Assembly (NCBI GenBank): GCA_963720465.1
Contig: OY970393.1
Coordinates: 32,001-96,000 of the forward strand
Source: Methanobacteriota archaeon
Lineage (GTDB): Archaea; Halobacteriota; Bog-38; Methanoflorentales; Methanoflorentaceae
Length of the DNA: 64,000 nt
Direction of reading: 5' to 3'
Shown: piece after piece, positions 30,548 through 41,284 of the stretch
Layout of the letters: each line of letters starts with the position of its first letter
How positions within the stretch are numbered: position 1 is the first letter of the stretch
Notes under the pieces: generated by a model
Database searches by the model: none
What the model saw: the letters and a program-made list of their open reading frames with translations, nothing else
Told to the model about the DNA's origin: nothing
Program-made: the position numbers and the translations under genes

Positions 30548-31441
30548 TTATTCCTGGCGTGGCTGATAGCCGAGCCGTCCGCGTGTCATAATGATAATTA
30601 GCAGTGCTGGCACCCCAAAGGCGATAAGGTTGGCCAAGTCCAGGGTCGTCTCATTCACGGGGCGAAACAGTGGTATCCACACAACTTGCGGGGTATTGAT
30701 GCTGGTGTGCAGCACGCTGGCGATGAAGACGCTTCCTTGAGTGTGGTTGAAAACCCACGTCATGATTATTGCGATTGCTATGACCATCATAAGAAAAATG
30801 AGAAAGCCCGTAAGGACGGTAGAGAAACTGGTGCCTGGGCCTCCTCCGTGATCCGGCGTCAAGAAGTACAACGAATACCATAATCCCCATAAGACACCAA
30901 GAAGCAGCGTACCCCGCAGTGGCCCGTAGCGCGGTTGCATACGGGGCAGCGCGAAGCCGCGCCAGCCGATTTCTTCGGGGAGCCCAGTCTGAAGGAAGAC
31001 GGCGAAAAAAGCCACTGGATAGACCAGCAAGACGGGGCTAAGACCTTCAAATCTCGCAAGCAATCCTGGCTGGATGATGATCCCAAGCAGGAGTAGTGCA
31101 GGGATGCCGATGAAGATGAACAGATACCATTGCCAACCAGCGCGCCATTGCGTAAGACGGTGCCGCAGGCCACGCAAGCCTGATTTTCCTGCGGTGATAC
31201 TGGTCATGATGATGGCGGCTAGGGCCGGCCCCGCGTACGCCTTTAAGAAGGTGAACAAGAGCAGTGCAATTCCGCCCCCGTTAGGCAAGAGGCCCCAAAC
31301 TGAGAGCACGTAGGGGATAGAAATAATCCAGGAGAATGCGTATGCCATGAAAAAGAAGAAGAACAAGGGATGGTGGCGCATCGTCTCTCGCGGGCCTCTG
31401 GGAGGTGCTGCTGATTGACCCGATGCCTCTAAAGATTCCAC
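30548..31441 (-). CDS. CPBP (CAAX/Abi) intramembrane metalloprotease
   Basis: EEIGWRG, WGLW(Y), FNHTQGS..LHTSIN. The motif-2 His appears replaced by Tyr. Confidence 0.85.
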   Translation of the reverse strand: MESLEASGQSAAPPRGPRETMRHHPLFFFFFMAYAFSWIISIPYVLSVWGLLPNGGGIALLLFTFLKAYAGPALAAIIMTSITAGKSGLRGLRHRLTQWRAGWQWYLFIFIGIPALLLLGIIIQPGLLARFEGLSPVLLVYPVAFFAVFLQTGLPEEIGWRGFALPRMQPRYGPLRGTLLLGVLWGLWYSLYFLTPDHGGGPGTSFSTVLTGFLIFLMMVIAIAIIMTWVFNHTQGSVFIASVLHTSINTPQVVWIPLFRPVNETTLDLANLIAFGVPALLIIIMTRGRLGYQPRQE

Positions 31442-31563
31442 GACAACGATCCTGCGCTATAGTCCTATCTCTCGACCTTTCTCCGGAATAAACGGTATTT
31501 GACGCTATTTTTCCGATTGCGATGCATTGCTGCTTTTCAAGGTGCTGCAGCTTCTGAATAGGT

Positions 31564-31993
31564 TTATAGCCGCGCTAAGAGTTCCTTACGTTTCTCTATG
31601 AATTGAGTTTCCGTAATGATCCCTTCGTCTAGCAGCTCTTTTAAATCGCGGAGCATCGCTGGAATGTCCTTTGGATTGAGCGCTGTTTCAGTTTGCATTC
31701 TTCGTGGCGATGGTTCCACGTTCCCCTTTACAAATAGCTCGTCAACTGAGACGCCTAGAATCTCAGCTATACGCCGTACGATCTCTTCGTCCGGTTGCTG
31801 TATAGAGCCGCTCTCAATGCGGCTGTAAGTCGGTTGCGTTGTACCGACGAGACGAGCCATTTCCTCCTGTGAAACGCCTTTCTTCTGGCGCGCTGTCTTC
31901 TTCTAATTTATTTTCTTTGACTGCTTTTTCTGTTGGTAGGCGCCTGATTTCGTCCGTTGCTTCGCTTATCAGCAATTTCCACTCATCATCCAT
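31564..31993 (-). pseudogene. XRE-family HTH regulator with C-terminal SHOCT-like domain, frameshifted near 31900
   Basis: KTARQKKGVSQEEMARLVGTTQPTYSRIESG (HTH) is out of frame with ATG 31993. C-terminus LKELLDEGIITETQFIEKRKELL. Confidence 0.7.
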
Positions 31994-32174
31994 AAAATCA
32001 CCATGATTACAACGAAGTTACCTATATATTGACATAGCTAAATGAGCACGCCTCTACTTACTGCGATACGTCCTTGATTTTTCGATCTGACAGCGGCACA
32101 GGAGATTAAAGCAAATCGGCAATCAACGGGCGCAGAAGCTTCCGTTTAAAAGCTGACGCAAATCTCCAAAGGTT

Positions 32175-32535
32175 TGACTGCCTTAAAAACGTCGTACACG
32201 AGGGCCCTCGGATTTTACACTTTCGCTCTACTTAGCTAACAACTACCCAGATAGGCTCACCATCTTGCCCCATGAAGAACGATCGCGTAGAGGTCGATGA
32301 ACTCATCCTTGAAATCGCGGACTACAAAAACGACTATGCCGATATCGCCGCCGAAAAACTTTTTAGGAAGTGCTCGACCAGTTGGGAAGCTTATCAATAC
32401 CTACAAGACCGTACGCACGATGCTTGGCTACCCGACAGCGCACGGCAGCAGTTGCGACGAATTATCAAGAGGATACAGGTGCACATGCATCAGTGTCGCG
32501 AATACGGCTACGCATATGAGGGGTCGTGAGCGCAA
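32175..32535 (+). repeat. ~360-bp segment, inverted copy of 48415-48781
   Basis: Shared ~100-bp upstream region starting TGACTGCCTTA plus a homologous ORF. Confidence 0.9.
32272..32529 (+). CDS. Hypothetical 85-aa protein (paralog at 48421-48678)
   Basis: Conserved duplicate, EVDELILEIADYKNDYAD..SWEAYQYLQDR. Confidence 0.65.
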   Translation: MKNDRVEVDELILEIADYKNDYADIAAEKLFRKCSTSWEAYQYLQDRTHDAWLPDSARQQLRRIIKRIQVHMHQCREYGYAYEGS

Positions 32536-32576
32536 CTTTCTAGGAGCGCGGCCATTTACCTGGTGAAGATTGTCAC

Positions 32577-33398
32577 TCAGCCCTTGATAAAGGAGAGCAA
32601 GTCGGCGTTCAACTGATCTTGGCAGATGGTGGGCAATCCGTGCGGTGCGCTCTTGTAAATCTTCAATGTTGCCAGCGGCGCGATTTCGACAGTACGCAGC
32701 GCTGCGGCTTGAATTGGCACTATCTGGTCATCATCGCCGTGCACGACCAACGTAGGTATAGTCATCTTCTTCAGATCCTCGGTAAAGTCGGTCTCGGAAA
32801 ATTGCTTGATGCAATCGTACACTCCAGTCATCCCCGCCAGCATTCCTTGTAGCCAGAAGGATTCGCGAACGCCCTCAGATACGTTGGCACCTTGCCGATT
32901 ATAGCCATAAAAGGGCAGCGTAAAGTCCTTGAAAAACTGCGCGCGGTTATCAAACACTTGTTTCCGAATGTCGTCGAACACAGCAAGCGGCGTGCCCTTG
33001 GGATTGGCTGCTGTTTTGAGCATCAGCGGCGGGACCGCGCTGACAAGCACTGCCTTGGCGACGCGGGCTGTGCCGTGCCGTGCAATATAGCGAGCGACTT
33101 CGCCGCCGCCTGTGGAGTGACCAACCATCACCATCTCACGCAGGTTTAGCGTTTCGGTAAGATCGGCAAGATCGTCCGCGTATTGGTCCATCGTGTTGCC
33201 GTCCCACGTCTGTTCCGAACGTCCGTGACTTCGGCGGTCATGCGCAATCACACGATAGCCGTTTTGCGTCAGAAACAGCATCTGGACGTCCCACGCGTCG
33301 GCACTGAGTGGCCAGCCGTGACTAAACACGACGGGCTGACCGTTGCCCCAGTCCTTGTAATAGATCTGCGTGCCGTCTTTGGTTTTGATTGTGCTCAT
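32577..33398 (-). CDS. cpo: Non-heme chloroperoxidase/perhydrolase (alpha/beta hydrolase)
   Basis: [38 protein letters not shown]. Confidence 0.9.
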   Translation of the reverse strand: MSTIKTKDGTQIYYKDWGNGQPVVFSHGWPLSADAWDVQMLFLTQNGYRVIAHDRRSHGRSEQTWDGNTMDQYADDLADLTETLNLREMVMVGHSTGGGEVARYIARHGTARVAKAVLVSAVPPLMLKTAANPKGTPLAVFDDIRKQVFDNRAQFFKDFTLPFYGYNRQGANVSEGVRESFWLQGMLAGMTGVYDCIKQFSETDFTEDLKKMTIPTLVVHGDDDQIVPIQAAALRTVEIAPLATLKIYKSAPHGLPTICQDQLNADLLSFIKG

Positions 33399-33872
33399 CT
33401 TTCTCTCCTTGAGTTTAGGAACAGTGATTTTTTTTCTTTACATGATCTCTAGTTTGTTAATTCGACGAGTCTCCCAGATTGAGAAGGTGTTCCCTGACTT
33501 TGTTGGTTGGTAGCAAGCCCAATTTTATTTGTATCTTTTCCATTGAAAGCGCAAGATAGCTAGCTAAGAGCATCGGGACGACCGGATCTTTGAGATAGAC
33601 TATCCTCACTCAAGTTGAAGACCTAAGATACCGTCAAGCGTGACCACATTTCTTCTGCGCGAGACGACCTGTTAGTTTCCCACCGCACGGGTAGACCGCT
33701 TTACGCTGCCGTTCAGGAGATGCACATATGATGAATAGTCAGCGTGCAAGAATTACGCTCATTACGCTCGCAGTGACGAACAAGGGCCATTTTGATGCGA
33801 ATATCGCCCTTAGAACAAAGCGATCATGCATCATGGAGGTGGTTGTAAAAAACATCGACTAGGAGGCGAACG

Positions 33873-34118
33873 ATGATAGAAAATGGGCTAATCTTAACGG
33901 GCAGCGACGCGGAGCTGAGCCGTGCGCTTTCAGAGGTCAAGACAAAAGTCTATGAGGAGACCGAGACGAGTTTGGATGATACCCAGGCACTAGATGCCAT
34001 TGTTTCGTGTTTCAAAACTATGGAGAAAGAAGAACAGGAAACACGTCATGCATATCTTAGCCCCTTGCGTAAGCGGCTTGTCCTGGCCACGCTTCTCGAC
34101 AGGCAACACCTCGAATGA
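33873..34118 (+). CDS. Hypothetical protein
   Basis: GGAGG RBS, 81 aa. Confidence 0.5.
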   Translation: MIENGLILTGSDAELSRALSEVKTKVYEETETSLDDTQALDAIVSCFKTMEKEEQETRHAYLSPLRKRLVLATLLDRQHLE

Positions 34119-34435
34119 AAGTGTTTGATGCATCAGGCCTGTGGAGGCAAGCCGTTCGTCACGGACGCGAACACGCTTTCCACATAGATGCCTCAGATTG
34201 ATGTATTATTAATTCATTTCGGCACGTTCGAGGACGGTACGTTTGCATACGCGTCCGGCAGATTCCGTCGCGCAATCAGCAAACGATGGCGCAGATTTTT
34301 TTTGTTGAAAGCGCGACGAACTAACTTACACAGGTGCGTCTTCTTTGCGTCAAGGCGCAATACAGGGTTATAGGTGCATTTCACGGAAGTGTCTGGTTGT
34401 ATGTAACTGTTAGCGGTCAAGTCTCGCTTAAATGC

Positions 34436-35401
34436 TCATCCGCTTGATCGATCATCCAACCACTCCGTGATGACGGCAATGGCTTCTTCATCGAGAACGC
34501 GACCTTCAGCGTTGTAATGCGCCCCAACTTCAACGGCGGTAAGCTCGTCTCGAAGTCGAGGTTCATACTTGAGCACGTGGTCCGCGTTCTCTGGATAGGC
34601 AAACGTCACGTTGCCGCTCCCTGCGGTCGCTGTTTCCAGCGCACCTCCATCTTTACGCCAATCGACCTGGATATCCTTCTTGCCGATCACGACGAGGGTC
34701 GGTTCAGAGACGCGTGCTACAAAGCAGGAAGGGTCTTCCACCCACAGCTCACGGGCGAAAGGCAGATTGACGGGGGTTTCTAAACTCCGCAAGAGATCCT
34801 TCACCCCATCTGGCAGCAATGGGTCGGGCCCCATAGGTTTGCCCGCTACAAACGCTTCTATGCACGCGTCATAGCGCTTCATAAGTTCATCCCCATTGGG
34901 GAGCGGTGCGGCTTGCGCCAGCAATTGATCACGTGCCACGAGGCCAACGGGACGGCCGGGAGCGCCAGTCAGAATAAGCCCCTTGAACCGATTAACAGGT
35001 GTCTGTAGCTGATAGTGCAGGGCGTGAATGGCCCCCTCGCTGTTCGTCAACACAAACAACCGCGAGGGGTCGATGTTGGGAGTTGACACCAGCGTGGTGA
35101 TGGCGCCGGCCAGCTCGTCAACGTGTCCCTGCATACTGATTTTGCCGACAAGGCGTGGGAGGTTCTCGCGCACGTGTGGCCCGGCGGCACGTTTGTCATA
35201 ACGAAGCGTTGCAAATCCTACGTGGGCAAGAGCGTGAGCAAGGAGCCGTCCGCTGCAATTAGTGCCCGGTAGAAGCGGGGAGCACCAATCTCGATCGGTC
35301 GGTCCACTGCCAGCGACAAAGACGATTGCGGGCTGTTCCCCACTGCCAGCTGGACGTGTCAGGGTTCCGTAGACCGCGATTCCGTCGACATCCCACGTCA
35401 A
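34436..35401 (-). CDS. Alpha/beta hydrolase (DUF3887/Hydrolase_4-like)
   Basis: AGSGPTDRDW, LRYDKR, variant elbow TNSEG, GKKDIQV, ADHVLK. Confidence 0.8.
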   Translation of the reverse strand: MTWDVDGIAVYGTLTRPAGSGEQPAIVFVAGSGPTDRDWCSPLLPGTNCSGRLLAHALAHVGFATLRYDKRAAGPHVRENLPRLVGKISMQGHVDELAGAITTLVSTPNIDPSRLFVLTNSEGAIHALHYQLQTPVNRFKGLILTGAPGRPVGLVARDQLLAQAAPLPNGDELMKRYDACIEAFVAGKPMGPDPLLPDGVKDLLRSLETPVNLPFARELWVEDPSCFVARVSEPTLVVIGKKDIQVDWRKDGGALETATAGSGNVTFAYPENADHVLKYEPRLRDELTAVEVGAHYNAEGRVLDEEAIAVITEWLDDRSSG

Positions 35402-35843
35402 CTCTTCACTTTTGTACGCTTGTGTTTCAGCCGTGATATCGCCACGATCAAAGTGTACGGTGCGGTGCGGCTAAGCTTTTTCCGTCTTGTGTTGATAACA
35501 TGCGCATTCTCTTTGCAGACAGAAGCTGTTGTGAGCTAAGCTTGCAAGTCACTGGGCACGTAACTAGAAACCTTTATGCATCTATGATTTTCTCGACATA
35601 TGACTCACGTATGCTGATGCAGCGAACGTGTATAGTCCTCTAAGCCTCGAATCCCGCAGATGAGGATATGAGCTCCTATTTAATCAGACACCAAGTAGAT
35701 TAATTACTTGAGAGGAATCAGCGGATTTGGCGCATCAGCTTCTTTCGGTCTCCAAAAAATGTAGAAATTCGGTGAATAATTCTCTACCGCTTCAGCCATA
35801 TGCGGTACTTACTATTGATCCCCTTTTTTTGGCACGTAGCAAG

Positions 35844-36071
35844 CTACGCTGAACTTGCCGTACCAACGTATCTGAAAATGTGAACCCAGAGATTGATCGC
35901 CATAGGTACCATTGTCACAATGATAGCCAAGATGACGAACAGCGGAGTTATTTTTGTTTTTCCGCTCCAGATTACGTAAAACATGAGCGCGTCTGTGACA
36001 GCTACGATGATAGTTGCTATGACAAGTGATCTCAAAAAGAGATTGTTCGGAAAAATGATTTCACGAACCAC
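35844..36071 (-). CDS. Small 2-TM membrane protein
   Basis: GGAGG RBS, two hydrophobic helices. Confidence 0.5.
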   Translation of the reverse strand: MVREIIFPNNLFLRSLVIATIIVAVTDALMFYVIWSGKTKITPLFVILAIIVTMVPMAINLWVHIFRYVGTASSA

Positions 36072-36240
36072 GGTTTACTCCTCCAGCTTCGCTGTTGATT
36101 TGATTCAACAGCAACAACTTGGTAGCTTAGTTGGGTATTCGCCGATGCTTTATAAATCCATAATAAACGTCCTCAGGCAAAGGGTGATAAACATCGCAAC
36201 GGGTATAAGACGACGCTCCTAATACACTGCGATCTAGAAT

Positions 36241-36884
36241 ATGATTGCCGCGGCCCAGGTACCTGTATCCTCGGGCTCACTTTTCCCATCGAGAATCGCT
36301 GCGCTTGTATTCAGCTTCGTGCTTATCCTCTGGGTTCTTAGTGAAGTCATCGGGGGGGCGGTTCTGCCGGTTAAACGGGGAGGCCGGAGAGTCAAAAGGA
36401 GACGGCAAGACAGGGCTCCTTCCTGTTAGTATACAGTGGCGTCGTCGTGTACTTTCTCATTGCCTTCTCCTTTGCAGGTTCCGGTGTCGCTACGTTGCCA
36501 AGGTCAGTATTCTACCTTGGGATCTGCATCATGGTGCTCGGCATCGCGATCAGGCAACGAGCTATCGCCGTGCTTGGCCGCTTCTTTTCGCGAACGCTCG
36601 CGGTACAAGAAAGGCAAACCGTCGTCGAGACCGGGCCGTACCGTTACGTGCGTCACCCCTCGTACACAGGGGCGCTTGTCTTCTTCGTAGGATATGGACT
36701 TGCCCTCCAGTCGTGGGGAGCGGTGCTTGCGCTCGTGCCAATATTCGCTCTCGTCTACGGGTACCGAATGTACGTCGAGGAGAGGCTCTTAATTGCAGAA
36801 CTCGGCGAAGCCTACGTGCCATACTCGCACAGGACGAAACGGCTTATCTTTTTTGAAGCTCTCTGGGCAGTGAAAGTACCGTGA
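36241..36884 (+). pseudogene. Isoprenylcysteine carboxyl methyltransferase-family membrane protein, frameshifted
   Basis: N-terminal TM in ORF 36241 and LGRFFS..GPYRYVRHPSYTG..EERLL in ORF 36447. Confidence 0.75.
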
Positions 36885-36969
36885 AAGCCTTATCCTTCCA
36901 GTATCTCACGTATTTTCGTGCTCAGACAAGGATTCCGAGAACCGCTCCACTCAACTCTGAGCATCTGAA

Positions 36970-37404
36970 GACTGCCTGCGCTACGTCGTCCGCGGCTAAT
37001 CGCAACGATTAAAGTGTTTGGTATTGTCGGCACGCATTATGCTAGCTTCAGAACTTTACTCGGACCGTTCAATCAAAGAGCACTGCCAAAAAACATACTG
37101 CTAGAAGTCCATAGAAGTAAAATTTCTGTGCATCACGCAAAAACTGGTTACGCGTATCCAGCAATACGGCTACCACACACATTCTCCCGACTTATAGGGC
37201 TACCGACCCGAATCTATCAAACCGTTCACGATGGGGCGCTGGCCTTTGTTGTGGTCATTTCGCCTCAAGAAAAAGTCTCAGAAAACCCAAAATCCTCCGT
37301 CTTCACACGACAATCACAAATCAGAGTTACATAGAAAGCGATTTGCGTTTCTGTCGCGAGTTTGTTAAGCCAACGCTGTCGTTTATATCAGGCGAAGGTC
37401 GCCG
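36970..37404 (+). repeat. YPxIRLP-family unit B1: upstream region, gene with start mutated to CTG 37083, split tRNA-Val(CAC)-like core
   Basis: Aligns by eye with 39800-40333. Ends CCTCCGTC-TTCACAC (37294-37308), with GGCGAAGGTCGCCG at 37391-37404. Confidence 0.8.
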
Positions 37405-37465
37405 TGTAAAGCCTGCTTTTCGAATTGTTTAAACTACGCATTTTGGAAATTTACAAAAAAATATG

Positions 37466-38518
37466 TCATTCTTGTGGATGGATGATAACTTTTAAACTAC
37501 CATCCCGCGGTTGGGCAGTCAGTAGAAAGCCTTCAACCGTTTCTTTTAATGGAAAAACATGGGTTATCATATCTGTCACATTAATTCTTTTGTACTGAAT
37601 CCATTTTAAGGCCGTTGAAAGATTATGGAAATCGGCGCCATATGAATGCGTAATAGTAATCTCTTTTTGCCACAGATTCCAGAGATTAATTTCGGATTGG
37701 ATTTCAGGATTAGTGGGAGCAAAAAATAAGATCGTACCCCCTTGTCCGATTGCTTGAAGTGACTGTTTCACACAAATGGGAATCGGTGCGGTCATGATAA
37801 CGGTGTCTGCGCCCAAACCACCGTTAAATGCTTTAAACTTTTTGGGAACATCTTCAGTAGCGAAAATGGTTGCATCAGCGCCGAATTTTTGGGCGACCTT
37901 CAATCGATCGGGATTAATATCGGAAATAGCAATAAATCCCGCACCATTCAACCGGGCCGCTTGAAAATGCAACAATCCGGTTATACCGGCACCAATTATT
38001 AAGACTGATCGACCATCTGAGGTCGAAGCCCATTGTTGCCCACGTAAAACACTTCCAAGGGGTTCAACAAAGGTTCCTATTTCAAAAGAAACCGATTCGG
38101 GAAGGCGTAAAATACCCCGATCCACGTTGATTTCGGGCAGAACAACATATTCTGCAAACGCCCCAAACGCATTTTTAAATTTTGTTTTTTGCAGTGTGTC
38201 ACATGCGGTCGTATGCCCGTGTACACAAGCATTACAAGTGTTACATGCTACGTGATGGGTAACCACGACCCGATCTCCCACTTTCCATTTCGGATCTACT
38301 TTGGAACCGACTTCTGCAATGATTCCTGTGCATTCATGTCCAAAAGCTCCAATACCACCAGGTCTTCCAGCACGCTTAATTCGATACCATTCCATGACAT
38401 CCGACCCACAAACTCCGCACGCCATGATTTTGACTTTGATCTCTCCTGGTCCAACTGATAGATCTTCGACATCTTCGGTGCGAATGTCACTATTCGCATA
38501 GTAGACTGCTGCTCTCAT
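37466..38518 (-). CDS. Zn-dependent alcohol/polyol dehydrogenase (AT-rich)
   Basis: CGVCGSD, GHE, CxxCxxC..C, GAGITG. Confidence 0.92.
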   Translation of the reverse strand: MRAAVYYANSDIRTEDVEDLSVGPGEIKVKIMACGVCGSDVMEWYRIKRAGRPGGIGAFGHECTGIIAEVGSKVDPKWKVGDRVVVTHHVACNTCNACVHGHTTACDTLQKTKFKNAFGAFAEYVVLPEINVDRGILRLPESVSFEIGTFVEPLGSVLRGQQWASTSDGRSVLIIGAGITGLLHFQAARLNGAGFIAISDINPDRLKVAQKFGADATIFATEDVPKKFKAFNGGLGADTVIMTAPIPICVKQSLQAIGQGGTILFFAPTNPEIQSEINLWNLWQKEITITHSYGADFHNLSTALKWIQYKRINVTDMITHVFPLKETVEGFLLTAQPRDGSLKVIIHPQE

Positions 38519-38560
38519 TGTATTCGCCGTGGAGAGTAAATTTACAAAGATTTGAAAAAA

Positions 38561-39394
38561 TTAGTCGAGCTTGGATGCATCGGGTAAACTTGCATTGTAA
38601 ATATCCAGGGCTTCCTTTACGGTATGATTTTCATGGACAATTGAACGAATTGCTTTGATCATGCCAATAGGATTGTCATCTTGGAAAATATTTCGTCCGA
38701 AATCAACTCCCACTGCACCCGCTTGGATAGAGTTGTAGACCATTTGAAGAGAGTCAGGAGGACTTGTATGCTTACCTCCTGCAACAACGACAGCAGTTGG
38801 AGAAACAGCGTCAACTAGTTTGGAAAATTCTTCACAATAATAGGTTTTGATAATTCGGGCCCCGGCATCTTGGCAAATACGAGATGCGAGAGCTAGATAG
38901 CGCAAATCTCGAGCCATGTTTTTTCCCACGGCTGTTACCGCTAAAACGGGAATTCCGTATTCTTCGGCTTGATTGATCATTTCGGTGAGATTTATAATAG
39001 TTTGTTGTTGATTAGCAGAGCCAATAAAAACACTGATAGCTACACCGGCCGCATCCATTCGAATAGCTTCTTTAATTGTAACAGTGAGCTTTTCATCACT
39101 TAAATCTTCATTTAAAACGCTATTTCCCCCTGTAGCACGTAACATGACGGGTTTTGATCCGACATCTTCGAACGCAATATTGCTCCGCACTGCCCCGCGT
39201 GTCGTCATCAGACAATCGCAATAGGGAAGTAGTGTTTTTATTGTTTTACTCATATTACGCAAGCCCGTTGTCGGCCCTTGAAAATAGGGATGGTCTATCG
39301 CAAGCATAACTACGCGACTATCTTTCGGATTAATTATCCGGTTCATTCGGCTTTGAATTCCAATATCGAGATATGCATATATCATGGGGGACAC
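38561..39394 (-). CDS. DhnA/LsrF-type class I aldolase/thiolase
   Basis: LAIDHPYFQGP, IKTYY Schiff-base Lys, VAGG, GVDFGRNIFQ; LsrF-like. Confidence 0.88.
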   Translation of the reverse strand: MSPMIYAYLDIGIQSRMNRIINPKDSRVVMLAIDHPYFQGPTTGLRNMSKTIKTLLPYCDCLMTTRGAVRSNIAFEDVGSKPVMLRATGGNSVLNEDLSDEKLTVTIKEAIRMDAAGVAISVFIGSANQQQTIINLTEMINQAEEYGIPVLAVTAVGKNMARDLRYLALASRICQDAGARIIKTYYCEEFSKLVDAVSPTAVVVAGGKHTSPPDSLQMVYNSIQAGAVGVDFGRNIFQDDNPIGMIKAIRSIVHENHTVKEALDIYNASLPDASKLD

Positions 39395-39436
39395 CTAACG
39401 AGAATTAATTGTGCACAACTGTAAAAAAAGTTGGGA

Positions 39437-39655
39437 TTATTTTTGCTTCGGTCTGACGATTTGGTACCCCTTCTCTGTTAACCAATGGTGAAATTCATAG
39501 GTACTATGCAAACAATTGGATGCACAAACCGCCCGAATTTCTTCATATTTAGGAGATTTTTCCACTTCTTTATTCAAAAGCGATTGCATCGGGCATTTAA
39601 CATCATTACAATATTCCCGACGCTTATAATCGATATAACCATCGATCGACCTCAT
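39437..39655 (-). CDS. Small Cys/His-rich protein
   Basis: YCNDVKC..CASNC..FHHWL, co-oriented with the aldolase and dehydrogenase genes. Confidence 0.65.
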   Translation of the reverse strand: MRSIDGYIDYKRREYCNDVKCPMQSLLNKEVEKSPKYEEIRAVCASNCLHSTYEFHHWLTEKGYQIVRPKQK

Positions 39656-39799
39656 AATTGATGCTTAGAAAAGAAATAAAAAAGGTTTACGGAATAAAAA
39701 TTACCAATGCGAAAATTTTTTCTTTACATATTTGAACGACCAAATCGAATCGCATCGCCCCATCCCAAATTGTTCAACTAAATCGACGTCCTACAGGTG

Positions 39800-40333
39800 C
39801 GTGGATGCGGTTTGTAGAGTCGCCCGCGACTAATCACAACTATTAATGTCTTCTACTAGACTCATTCACCACTATGCTAGAGTCTGAACATTACCTAGAT
39901 CTTTTTCTGTTTTTCCGATGCCAAAACACGAGCTATTAGAAATTAACCGCAATAAAATCTAGGTGTACCACGCAAAAGCACGTTATAGTTATCCGATAAT
40001 CTGATTGCCACATACGTTTTCGACACTTATCGGGTTACCTAGCCGAATCTATCAGACTGTTCACGATGGAACGCTAGCCTTTCTCGTGGTGATTTCACTT
40101 TACGAAAAGACCCCAAAAAGCTCAGAATCCTCCGTCTTCACACGCCGACAATACTCTTATTTGATCACGAATCGCCTTCCTAGATAACAGTATAATTGCG
40201 TTATCGGGCGACAGCTACCCCTAGATACACTCCAAGATTCACTCGAAAAATTAGCAAGTTATCTTGTCAAGATGGTAACGAACGCGTGCTGATTAGCGCG
40301 GAGAGATACACACAGCTAAGGCGGAGGTCTCCG
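39800..40333 (+). repeat. YPxIRLP-family unit B2: pseudogene from ATG 39918 with two in-frame stops, split tRNA-Val(CAC)-like core
   Basis: MPKHELLEINRNKI*VYHAKARYSYPII*LPHTF...SSVFTR. CCTCCGTC-TTCACAC at 40129-40143, GGCGGAGGTCTCCG at 40320-40333. Confidence 0.8.
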
Positions 40334-40616
40334 CTGGCTCTGGCTTCGTTGATTTTCGGACATCAAAGTTCGCCAGTTGTTAGCTGTACAATCGTAATAC
40401 TTTGACCTCTTATGACCAAAGTTAGAAGACCCAAAAATGAGAAACGACAGATCGGTCGCAATCCTTGCTCAAAATGATGAAAGAGTTCACAAAAACGTGT
40501 CCTCGCATTTTATCAATCGTATTTTATAGGCCGAGGCGAAAGAGATCCAACCAATATCGCTCGCCTATCGTGGAGACCGTGCTTTCGTGCCTCGTCTGTT
40601 GTTTATACCCGTACTT

Positions 40617-41284
40617 TCAAGTAAGCACTGGAAGTTTAGACAACAGCTCTTTGAGATGCGCCTGCAGGCGTCTCTTTGGCCCCTCAAAAAGGCCAAATTG
40701 CAAGATGATGGCCAAACCACCTACCAACATGACTTTTCTCAACAACGGCATTGAAGTCCACACGATGTCCTTATAGGTATTTAGGTAGAGGAGCGCGTTT
40801 GTTTGGTTGGCAGTTGAAATTGGCCGTTGTTAACAAAGGCAACCTGAGTGGTTTCGTAGTTTTCACTGAAGTTGGTTTGCGGCCTGCCGCTATAGTTGAC
40901 CCAGAAATGGACAGGAGAAACCTCCATCGTGTACGGAATGCCCTTCGCTTGCAGCAAACTTGCGGTGAGGATCGCTCTTGACTTACAGTCTCCCTGCTGT
41001 GATTTGAGCACGTTGCTCGGTGTGGGAAGGTACCAAGCGACTCCGTACGCTTGAAAATCATAAGCGTAGTGAACGTGAGCGTCGACATATTGCTCGATTG
41101 CGCTCCCATTTGCTGGCAGCGATGCTGCAACTTGTTGCACGTCGGCTGTAGGTTTGGTGGGCATCTCGAAGAAGCGGTACACCTCTGTTAGCAGCACTAA
41201 CGGGTTTGGAAAAAGAATCAGCAAGATCCATACTGCAGCAATCGCTTTCTTATGACGCAAAATCTGGTTGATGCTTGGTTTCAC
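40617..41284 (-). pseudogene. Membrane transglutaminase-like Cys protease-domain protein, frameshifted near 40800
   Basis: TM, YAYD..GDCKSRA..HFWV. A TM-containing tail continues in another frame to 40617. Confidence 0.65.

Noticed and set aside
37309-40319. Inserts in the B1/B2 anticodon cores as tRNA introns or split-tRNA halves
   Set aside because: The position is close to canonical 37/38, but the insert ends cannot form a bulge-helix-bulge with TTCA, and there is no D arm, T loop or acceptor stem
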